Of a stretch of DNA of 48,196 nucleotides, positions 37,192 to 48,196 are shown one piece after another. The DNA is taken from the NCBI GenBank assembly GCA_023231475.1, contig JALJEE010001140.1, positions 1-48,196 of the forward strand, given 5' to 3'. The position numbers were made by a program, and so were the translations under genes. This DNA is from Seison nebaliae (lineage: Eukaryota). Position 1 is the first letter of the stretch, and each line of letters starts with the position of its first letter. The notes beneath the pieces are model-generated. The model worked only from the letters and a program-made list of their open reading frames with translations. It was not told the origin of the DNA and did not search any database.

Positions 37192-39775
37192 TTAAACGGC
37201 AATCTCATCATTTATTTTCCTCATCGAATTATCTATTCTTAAATCATTTTCCGTTTCTTCAGGAATCGGATCAATCGTTAACATATTCGATGAATTTTTC
37301 AAATTCTTTAATAATAATTCATCCCTTTTCGCCAAATCACTTTCCTCCAACATATCATCGTCTTTCTCTGATCTCTTCTCTCCCAATATCGATCGATAAT
37401 GTTCTCTCCATTTTTCAAAAATTAATCTAAGAAAAATTTTTGTGGAAATTTTTTAGAAACAAAAAATTTATCGAACTTTATTCTCTTTTTCACATTTAAA
37501 AGATCTTTCACATAAATATTCTTCTTTTCATGGTTCGATTGATCTTTCGTTTCCACCGTCGAATTATCAGCTATTGATGATCGCTATTGAAATGGATGAA
37601 ATATGAATGTAAATAAAAAAAAAACTTTTGATTTAACACTATTTGTTTTCGTTACAGTTCTTGTTCCACTTTTCAAAGCGTTTGATTTGTTTGATGGTTT
37701 CGCTTGGAATAATTGTCGTGATATATTTGAAGTTAATTGATATCGTTTTGTGGTTAAGAAACTTTTTGGAAGATTGTTAATTTGTGATATGGTATTTTGA
37801 AAAGAAGAAAGATCAGGAATTTGATCGAAATATGACGATGTTTCCATCACTTCACTTCTATTTCGACTATGTTCGACATTGGCATAAGAAAGAAGAAAAG
37901 TTGAACGATCATTTCCATCTTCAAACACCAAACGAATATATCTTGGATTGGTATAAATAATTTTGAGTCGATCACTTAAACGTATTTCGAATTGTTTCGA
38001 GAAATCATTTAAGGAGATAGAATGGAATTGTGTCATCGCTCCATTATGATCACATTGCATATAACCATTCTCTAAGAAAATATATTTGGAATGTCGATTC
38101 TCATTATTATAAATTACACCGGTACCATTTGGTGCCATGAAAGCTAATATCTTCTTTTTTATCCGATATTTCTTCCGGATCGATCGTCCCAATCCATCGA
38201 AAACATTATTCGAATTTCGACTACTTGTTAAACTTTTCCTCAAATTCATATTACTTCCTCGAGAGAAGGCGGTCGTTCTAATGATGTCCCATCGATCAGT
38301 TGTGCTGAGCGAATCGAAGATCAGAGTAGTAAATATTCCTGGTATGGATTGATTGAACGGTTCACGTATCATCAACAGATGATGATTTAATAACTCTTCA
38401 GCAACTTCTTCTGCTGATGTTAACATGTGATCGAAAGATCCATGTTCTGGAACAATTAATTTATAACTTAAAAAAAATCATTCGATAAATTTTTTTAAAA
38501 AAAAATTTGAAATAAAACAATGCCATTTGAGTGTGATCGATTAATTCGATGCGGAATAACGATTCTGTCCGTTCATTACTCACATTCTTCCCGCAACTCA
38601 CAAATCTTATCGGTTGTACAATGTTATTTCCGTTAGGGATCTCTTTGCGTAGGATGCTCATAGCGAATAACGATCGTCCCGTTCTCACTATTTTCCCAAT
38701 GGAAATTATTTTCAAAATTTTATTTTTCTCAAAATTCCTAACTTTTATTTTGGGTCTCTAATCGATTCCTTCCCTGTCGATAATAAAAGAATTGACAACG
38801 CAATTCGTACAATTTCTCTTTTTCTTCTATCAACATTTTCTTCCAATTGTCGATGTGTTGTCGGAGGAGATGTAGAGTAGATAAAACTTTTCTTTCATTC
38901 TCATCGATTTGTTCCGATACTTTCGTCCAACCATTTATCTCACTTATCGGATCAGATAATTGGAATGATAATATCGATGAGTTTGGAGGATTCGCTTGTT
39001 TATTTGTCGTATCTTCATTCATCTTTCTATCTATCGCTGATGGCGAATGTAAATTCTTCACTGAATTATTCGGATTAAGACTTTTCGTCGAATTCGATAA
39101 ACGACGTTCGTTCATCGTCTTATTTCCATCTGATGGTTTCGTTATTATTATATTATTCTTCTGCTGCTGTTGTTGTTGTTGCTGTTGTTGTTGTGGTATT
39201 GTACTACCTCGAAATTTCGGTGTGCCAGTTATCCATTTGAGTTTTTTGAGTTTGAGATAAACTTCCTGGAAAATACGATTACTTTCCGAATGTTTGATGG
39301 AATGCCAAGAATTCTCAAGAAAATCATTCAATTCTTTTGGTAGACGTATTGAGAATTCTTCTTCCATCTCCTCGTAATATGTTAATTGGAGAGAGAATTC
39401 TTCAAAAATCGATTCAGCTAATCGACGTAGAATACAATGAGGTAATCGAAATGATTCTTCGATTAATGTGGCCGATTTAACCGATCGTCTCGGTGTATAA
39501 CACACTCTCAAATTATTATCATTCGTCGACTGATGATTTTGCTTGCTTTCATCCACTATCCGATAAATTAATGGGGAATGTAAGGAAAGCAATGGTATCA
39601 ACGGTTTATACACGGCCAATTGTTGTCCATTCATCATTTCGCTCAAATCATCCGCTAACAACGAAATGGCGTCACCAGGTTCTCGATAGAGTTCACTGTC
39701 ACTGACGACCAATTTTCGTCGTTCATGCAACGGATAAATATCGTGGAAATGTAAAGAATCATGAAAGAAACTCAT
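37192..39775 (-). CDS. C3orf20/FAM194-like protein, 5 exons, about 794 aa
   Basis: Exons 39775-38743, 38687-38519, 38466-37626, 37583-37477, 37426-37192 join four ORF-track fragments in frame (2385 nt). LAFMAPNGTGVIYN...GYMQCDHNG...EIRLSDRLKI and KLIFEKWREHYR recall the FAM194/C3orf20 beta-rich domain. The gene is well supported; the family call is tentative. Confidence 0.55.
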
Positions 39776-42700
39776 TAACTTCTCTTTGACTAATGCAAAT
39801 AATTGATGGAAGTAGCAAATTCCAATTTTGTTTTCAAGAACTAGTATTTTTATTCAAAATACAATATTTTCCTATAACACTTCTCACAATTCTGTGGATA
39901 TGAATTTGTAATGTTTGTTTGACGAATTGGTATGGGGAAAACATGGAATAAGTTTTTATAGAAAAGAAATTTTGTCACGAATCAAATTTCATTGAAAACT
40001 TCCCGCACTCCCCTCTCTCCACACTTTCTTTTTTTTCTATGTCGATCAATCTGATTGAAATTCACTTTCGTTCCTTTCTCGATTATTCTCTAACTTCTTT
40101 TCTAACATTAAAATTACTTCTTGAATTACTTCACCAAGGACGCCTGTCTTTCCACTCTCGTCTATATGACTCGCGCACTATATTATGACCATGAATTGTC
40201 AGACTGATTTCTTTTCCAGTCATTCTTTGAACAATTTCCTTACAATGTTAGCACATTAAATAATTTTAAAGGACAATAACTAATTTCTTTAGATAACTTG
40301 TAGAACTGAATCGAAAATTTCAAAATTTCATTATTTGAACATTAAAATGCTTTATCTATTTGAGACGTCATATTTTAAAAATATTCAAATGTGACCAATT
40401 ATTCTCTATAGTTCCATATTTCACGTGGTTGCTATAGAAATCAGAAATGTAACATAAAATCCGACATTAATTTCTCTAAAATTAATGATAAGTTGATTGT
40501 AGTTTATTTTGTAAAATTATACAATTGCTTAGATTATTCTCAGCCCTCTGATAATTTAATGATATAACAATGACGATAGTTTTGTAATAAATTTTACTTA
40601 AGATAAAAAAACTTTTTATCATTTTAACGATTTGAACATGCGTCCGTGTTAGTAATTATTAATTTAGGTAATACATTCGAATTTCATTCACTAATAAATT
40701 GTTCGATGAAAGTGAAATAATTGTTACCTTAAACCTAGTTTAATGCTGGCTTAGAGTTTTATAAATTCAAACATTATCATTAAGTAATAAAATCAAATGG
40801 TAAAGATATTAATGGCATATCACTCTCTATTATAGAGTCTGTATTAGAGAATGTCTGACAAATGTTTAGAGAGTTTCTAAACATTTGTTTTTACTGTCTG
40901 ATGAATACACATGAATCTATCTTATGATCATCATATATCATCATGTTCAAAAATGTTTCATTGTTATTATTATTTGTTCAATAATGCCTAATACCTAATA
41001 CCTTAACAAATCTCCGTTGGGTTAATTACGGGAGGTTATTGGTTATACTCTTATGAGACTAGAAGCTAACCTTTTGTCACCCAAATTTAAAGAATTTGTA
41101 TTATTGGCGAGGTATGAATAGTGAGAAACACAAATAATTTTCAATTCTCTGGAATTCTGGAAAAACAAAGACTTTCCAAAAGTATTTGGGAAACAGTTGT
41201 CAAACGAAAACTGTTTAAGTACTCCGACATCGTTTTTAAATTATCAACAACTTTAAAATAATAATAACTCAACTAGTCAAAATTACGAAAGAAAATTCAT
41301 GGAATATTATAAAGATTCTTTATTAAAGAATATGCGAAATCTAATAAAACTTTTCCACTAACGCCTTATTATTGATATTCCCATTAGTTTCATTTGAATT
41401 GGCGATGGGTTTTGTTTTTCATAAATATTTTTCAGGAATTATTATATTATTATTCACCCGTATCCATTAACATTATTATTCTAATTATTTGATGATGTAA
41501 ATAAAACAACATTAAAAATTTCTTCCTGTTTTTCCATTCCCCTGATGAATTTATTAAAACAGTTCGTCAGATAAGCCATCGTGTATAATCGATCGACATA
41601 TACCTGAAACACATACGGATTGTGTTACACATGGTGCACAACCTGGTTCTCGGGGTCCATTGTGAATTCAGCGACGGTAACGAATCTCGATCCATCAACT
41701 ACTTCTTCTTCGAATATCGCTCAACTTGTAAGTTACACCAATCTAGAAGCCGTTAAGCCTTGACGTAGCACTTAATACTAACTTGTAAGAAGTGCAAGAA
41801 CTGTGATGAATCATCGACTATTCTTCGTTCTTTCATAATTGTGTGTAAGGAGAAGAAGTTTTCCGGAATCTTATAGGGCCACAAAATACATACACGTACT
41901 AGCTTTTTTCTTATCTTTCACTAATAATTTCCTACTGGAGCTGTAGTCAATTCCTCATAATTGTTCTCTACTTATCCCTTCGATAATTTACTCAACAAGA
42001 AATATGCAATAAAAAACAAGGATAAAATAAACAAAATTAATTTCCGTCCACTAATGTCGCATTAATGAAAATGCTGTGAATAACCAGATATATTCGAAAT
42101 ATTGACCAAATGACATAATATAGTAGTTTCCACATGGCTTATGAGTAACATTAATTGATAAAACAGAAAAATTTGATAATTATAAAAAAGGAATTTAAGT
42201 AAAACGAAATTAAAAGATGATAACGAAGAAATTTGTGTTGTAAGAATGGAATTTAACAAATGAGATAACTAAATTGCTCAGAACTTCCGTAAACAAATAA
42301 AACATAGGAAGAAGAATTTACATCTGATATTTCCTATCAGTTCTGATGGACGTTGGGAATATATGGAGTTGGAATGAGAAGCATGTCCAACAGTTCATCT
42401 TCATTATTTGTTTGAGTGGAAAATGAGTTGTTTCTTTTGTTTAGATAGTATCGTTAGATATGTTCACTTCTCATCTAATACGTTAATAATTCTTTCAATT
42501 TGTACACCAGTAATCTCTGACTTCGTCAGATTAGAATAGCGTTGAGAATTGAGCAAAATATCTATTAATCATTTCATTCTTCGAAAGAAGTCCTAAAGAA
42601 TTTTTATTCTTTTTTAAAATCGTTCACATTGAAATGGAAAAGAGAGAGAGGAAGAGAGAGAGAGGAGAAGAGGGGAGAGAGAATGAAGAATAAATCAACC

Positions 42701-43068
42701 ATCGACATTCAATTGAAAATGCATTAGATGAACGAGGTGAAATAGTGAACAACAAGAGAAACAATTTCACAACTGCTTCAGATAATGCAGTAAGGAAGAA
42801 ACATGAGATAATGCTTTCGATTCGGATGGAAAGAGCAGAGCACCATCCAAATACTGAAGAGTTTCATTCAACCATATTTAGTTATAAGACATCTCTCCCA
42901 CCTTCCACAACAGATAGAGACTAATGATGATCGAAAATAAATAGTTAGTTCCCATTAACTTTCAACTTTGTCTGATGCTCTCCGGAGAACGGTTCAAATG
43001 GTGATAGAAAGAGAATTCGTTTGCGTAACCGTCAAACACCGAGTTCCGTTCATTCTTCTTAGAAAATC

Positions 43069-43078
43069 CTATAAATAA
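43069..43078 (+). promoter_or_regulatory. Overlapping TATA / MEF2-like element upstream of the myosin light chain
   Basis: CTATAAATAA fits both TATAAA and YTA(W)4TAR, about 280 nt upstream of the ATG; weak because the genome is AT-rich. Confidence 0.3.
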
Positions 43079-43350
43079 GCAGTTCACAATTCTCTACTTT
43101 TAACAGTTTCCTACTTTCTACTTCATTCCTATTCATTCCACTCTCTATTGACTTCAGTGAAAAATTGACTTCATCACTAACTCACATATAAATATGACGT
43201 AATATCTAAAATGAGTTTATATTTATCTTCAATTAATATAATCATGTAAATTATCGATGAGTTAACGAGACAATTCATTCATATTCATCATATTCCATTC
43301 CACATCCAGAAATTTTATCATCCTTTTCATTTTGAGAAATTTAAGTAACA

Positions 43351-44064
43351 ATGCCAGACGTTAGTCCTTCAACATAAACATTCTAATTAGAAGTTAAAAT
43401 AAATGTCTTTAGAAAAAGAAGAAGGCTCAACGATCAGGAAGCAGTGTCTTCTCCATGTTCGATCAACATCAAGTGCAAGAATTCAAAGAAGCATTCAATT
43501 TGATGGATCAAGATCGTGACGGAATTTTAAGTGTAGATGATTTACGAGAAGTGTATGCATCTCTCGGTTTATTTTAATTCTTAATTTTTTAACTTATTCC
43601 AATTCCATCCAATTTTCAGGAGTAACACCAAAAGACGAACAATTGAAAGCGATGGTTGGCGAGGCATCAGGGCCCATCAACTTTACTCTTCTCCTCCAAA
43701 TGTTTGGTGAACGACTTGGTGGCACTGATCCAGAAGATACGATAGTCAACGCTTTCAAACTCTTCGATTCTCAAGGAAAAGGAAATTTAACGAAAGATTT
43801 GTTAGTTTTCTTCATTTTCATTTTTCATCCTACAAATTAATTCATTTCATAATAATAGTCTCAGAGAATGTTTGACCACAAACGGTCCACCAGACGATCG
43901 ATTAGACGACCGACTTGTTATTATTTTTAATATTAATTAATTTCTTACTTTTATTTATTATCCAGTTCAATCAAATGTTGGAGATAGCACATCCAGATCG
44001 TCAAGGACAAATCGACTATGAAGCATTCGCTCGTGTCATTAAGCGTGGAGAGCAAGAAGAATAA
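43351..44064 (+). CDS. Myosin regulatory light chain, 5 exons, about 166 aa
   Basis: Exons 43351-43359, 43413-43566, 43620-43800, 43859-43916, 43966-44064. [73 protein letters not shown]. Confidence 0.95.
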
Positions 44065-44445
44065 ATTGTAAAAAATATAGTGACAATTCTAAAATTATTG
44101 CTTTTCTTCATTCATTTTATATCTTCCGTACTTCGTCTACGAATCTCGGCTCCATGTATCCGTCATGTCTTGTTGTCCAATTTTGTCCACACCGTTTTCT
44201 AAATTAAAAGAAAATATTTATACCACCCAACATTAAAAAAAGTTCATCATGAATCATAAATCGAATTCCTCTTAATAAAATAAACACAATTCGATAAACG
44301 CTTTTATATCATCTCTACTATTCTTACAATTTTCATACTCAACTAATTTAGCGACCCGAATCATCCAAAAATTGGACTGTCATCTTATTACTACGAAATA
44401 ACACCAATTTTTGGTATTTTTCGAAATTAATAAAATTCTTGAAAT

Positions 44446-45402
44446 TTAACTAACAAATTTACTTTCTACTCGTTCGACTTTCTCCATCAATTTTCCCAAT
44501 ATTTCTTTGTTTTTCTTCTGTAAAATGTTTGACATTTCATTTTCTTCCTCCATCTTTAATTGAAAATATTCAATTTCATTTTGGAAGAGTGATAATTGAT
44601 TCTTAATCCGTTCCGTCAAATTATTCGCCATTTCCATATTGTTTATTTCATTTTCGATTTCCTGACAATATTGCACTCTACCAATATTCCTGTTCATTTC
44701 AGAGAGTTGTCTTTCCAACGTCTTCACAATTCCTGTGAATTATTCTCAACTTTTTCTTAAATCGATTTTTAACTTGAACGTTTCTTTCTTTTTCTGATTT
44801 TTCTTCTTTTTCTATCTCCAAATTCCGTTTCAAATTACTAATGAATACGTCCAATTCTAATATTTCCCTCTCAAGTATCTATCATGATTATCACAATTAT
44901 TATTCATTTTGTAACTAAATTAACTTCTGGTGTTTTTCCATTATCCAGTTTCGCTCTCAATTCGTCACATCTTTTTACACTTTCTTTCTAGACTAAGATG
45001 AAATGCACATTGGAAATAAGATGAAATGAAACAGATTTCTTTTCCAAATCAGCAAAATGTCCCACATCAAATTTTAAGTTTATTAATTCTACAAAATAGA
45101 TTAATCTCCAAATATGAGTGAATAAGGAAAGAAACTTTCTTGAAATTCGATCAATGTCGAACAGTTATTCAAGAATAGTTTACTGAAAGAATAGAGAATC
45201 AAATCGAATAAAGGAAATGATATTAGAAGAATAACTTGAGATGAAACAATTTCAATTGATCCCAATTCTCTTTATTATCAACTAAAATATTTGTCAGTTC
45301 CTCCGGCACACCTTTCTCGAATCTCAAATAATTCAAATATTTTCCAATTTGATTCGCATCGATATCCACCTGGTTCTTCGTTCTATATTTTATTTTCATC
45401 AT
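44446..45402 (-). CDS. Uncharacterised coiled-coil protein, at least 6 small exons; 3' part uncertain
   Basis: Exons 45402-45236, 45182-45136, 45088-45033, 44987-44925 and 44878-~44774 join in frame through four 45-53 nt GTT..AG introns, then an E/K/N/L-rich heptad ORF to 44446. The last junction is ambiguous. Confidence 0.6.
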
Positions 45403-46453
45403 TTCGTCACAAATCTCGTTTTTCTTCTATTTCTTTCTATGATAAATGTGAATTATCCTCAATAATGATCTTGTAAAGCTTAAAATCGGAAAGTTATTCA
45501 TTTGACAAATCGATATAATTTAACATTAACTTTTCTTCAATGTAATTTCGATTTCACCTTTTATCTCATCCTTTCAAAATCATAAAGTATTATATTCTCG
45601 TCTAAATACTATTCTATTTATTCCACTAGAATTTCGCTATTCTGGTAACATTAAAAGTTTGAATGATTATGGAATTCCATCTTTTTCATTTTTATAAATA
45701 TTACTATAAACATGTTAAGGTTATTATAATTCTATTATTTATTATTCTAATGATGACTTACGTTAACAGACGTTTCATCTCAATCAATTCCATTCAATTA
45801 TATTCAATTTTCCAATTTTCTTTATAGTTCGAGTGGAGGAATTAGCTTCAGCTAACTCTTGTCTACTTGTTCTCATAATTTAATTCTATGAAACTGTCCT
45901 AATATCAATAAGAATGAATAGTTTTCAATGAAGTTTACAAGTTCGTCGTGTCTCGAGTGAGCACGATGAATGTGATGACCATATGATATTATACATATTT
46001 CAGATTTACTAGGTAATTATTAATCGGAGAATAATAATTAAAATTCTCTACGAATGAAAGCAGAATTTGTGGAGAAATTGTTCCCGAAAAGACATTGGAA
46101 AATGAACATTAATGCACTAATCTTTATAATGTTGTCATAACGATATTGTATCTACGTTAGAAATTCCAAAAATGTATTATATAATAATAGACATTAATTA
46201 AATGTATTTAATGACTGAAAAATTTTCCAAATAATTAAAGAATGATTATATGATTAGTGGTATGATTAATGATATTAAAATATTTTCATGATTTATTTGT
46301 GGATGTTCATTGTTCATTTCTTAATTAAATGACGGAGAAAATGGGACTAACAAGATTTGTAAGAGATGTGAAATTAAAATGGGAAATAAGAAGAAAGTTT
46401 TACCGAGATCCATTTTCATTTGGACTGAAATGGAGTTGGAATAAATGATAAGT

Positions 46454-46798
46454 TTATGGTTGAGTACGAGCTTTCCTCTTCTTCTTATTACTGTTTTTAG
46501 ATATGTTGATGAATATGATATTCTGATAAATGTAGTAGCCCATGATTATGAGAAAGATGATGCCCATACTAAAAATGGCAGCTCCCACAATACCGATCGT
46601 CATACTTTTTGTGGTAGTTTTATCGTTGAAGTAAGCATCAAGAGCAATTCCACAACACACTAAACCCACGAGTATTGTGCCGCCACCAAGTACTGCGAAC
46701 AAGGTGTATAAGAATTCCGTTCTTCCCAACATCTTCCGATGGACTTCATTATCTGAATTTTGTCGAACGGTTTCGTTCCTTTTCTTATTGAAAATCAT
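46454..46798 (-). CDS. Small two-TM hypothetical protein, 114 aa
   Basis: ATG-initiated ORF with two hydrophobic Gly-rich helices and basic flanks; more GC-rich than its surroundings; no family recognised. Confidence 0.6.
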   Translation of the reverse strand: MIFNKKRNETVRQNSDNEVHRKMLGRTEFLYTLFAVLGGGTILVGLVCCGIALDAYFNDKTTTKSMTIGIVGAAIFSMGIIFLIIMGYYIYQNIIFINISKNSNKKKRKARTQP

Positions 46799-47862
46799 AT
46801 TTTCTATCTAACTGAATTGTCGTTCCAAATTGTTCGTTATGCGTGTAATGAAATCTGTAAAATGAAAAATTAACTTTGAAGTGGAACAATTTTTATAACA
46901 AATATTCCAGCAAATTATATTGATTGACTACAACGATAATAACAAACAATTTAACAATTTTTCTTTAAATTATCTTAAGTTATACTCTCTGGAACTCTTC
47001 AAACACCTTAGAGAACTATGTCACATTATATGATCATATCGATTATTTCTTTTCGAGCATTCTCCCACTCTCTTTCTCTGCCATTTCCCATATCCATCTA
47101 ATTTTATAAATATTTTATGATGTTATTAAAAAAACTAATTCGACTGCCTTCAAACAGCGATGTAATATAGACTCAATAAACCGAGTATTCTTTGTTCCTT
47201 TCTTGGAAATCATTTCCGGACATTTCAATTTCCGACAGAAGTGTTTCCGCGAAAACTCCTCCAATTGGTCTGCTTAATGAATTCTCTCTCCATCGAAAAA
47301 AGACATTTGTAATTTAATGAAAAAGTAAATTAAGTTTTATTCGAACAAGTTTCTTTCAACTACAGTTTTAACTACTTTGTAAGAAAACTTTTTAAAAAAA
47401 TGTTCGAGGTGAAATAAAATAATTATAAATAGCATAATCATAAAATAATCATTCTAGTTGTTCATGCACTTAAATATATTATGCGGAACACAACTTCCAG
47501 TTAACTGGGAATAAAACATTCAAATTTGTATTCTTCTTTATTAATTCAGTGAATTGTCCCATTTCTACTTAATGATAATGGTAAATTTAAAAAATTTATT
47601 AAGATTAAGTCTTTTTTTCTAGGTAAGAATTACTTGACGATTTGAACTAAAAAAATTTATTGTATTATTTGTGTTTAATCTTCTTGAAACGGTCAACTAG
47701 GAAGCGACAACACGAACGTCAATATGTAATGGGAAGAAATCGAATAATTTGAATTCTTCCTAATCGAACCACATATCCATTTTACCTAAATTACTTATTC
47801 TGTAGGATAAATATACGAAGCGTAAATTCTAATCATATTAATTCTAGTTATATACATATATA

Positions 47863-48070
47863 CCCTGTTAGCATTTGAATGTTTTTTTAACGTTTATAAT
47901 GCGTAAAGAAGGTGACGTTCAACGTTAGTAAATAAATGTTTTTATAATGTTCTTTAAACAGCATTTTAGAATAGCTATAGTAAGTTACTTTTTAAACGTT
48001 GGTTTTTATCGTTAGGAAAACGCTCTTTTTCCAACGTTAGATTATAGTTTTTGTGCGTTAAATTATAGTT
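47863..48070 (+). mobile_element. Possible left end of a non-autonomous CMC/EnSpm-like DNA transposon
   Basis: Starts CCCTGTTAGCA directly after a TA-rich run, followed by many AACGTT/AATGTT/ATCGTT-type motifs. This resembles animal EnSpm termini with subterminal repeats. The other end is not in the window. Confidence 0.35.
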
Positions 48071-48196
48071 CATTTTTTGAAATATAATAAAATTTATTAT
48101 TATTTAATATATATTATTATTGCGTGTTTTATTAATTTGTATGAATTTAATTTAATTAATTTAAAAAGAAATGTTTTACAATTTTATTTATTATAA

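Overview
AT-rich, gene-dense eukaryotic (animal) genomic DNA with very short introns (mostly 42-63 nt); no prokaryotic features. I rebuilt 17 protein-coding genes by hand: divergent MED1-like, MAP10-like, VPS53, DUF229, synaptophysin-like, a two-pore K+ channel, EEF1E1/AIMP3-like, prefoldin 3, thymidylate kinase, an orphan type II membrane protein, a derlin with a very long tail, glutaminyl-tRNA synthetase, p38 MAPK, C3orf20/FAM194-like, myosin regulatory light chain, an orphan coiled-coil protein and a small 2-TM protein. Probable DNA-transposon ends lie at both window edges. The main signal is in the splice sites: 32 of 33 reconstructed introns begin GTT rather than the animal GTRAGT, including 15/15 whose boundaries are fixed by conserved protein motifs. 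+5G is mostly lost and AAG acceptors are frequent, which suggests rewired 5' splice-site recognition. A compact-genome microinvertebrate (e.g. rotifer relative) is a guess only. All homologies are from motif recall, not database searches.
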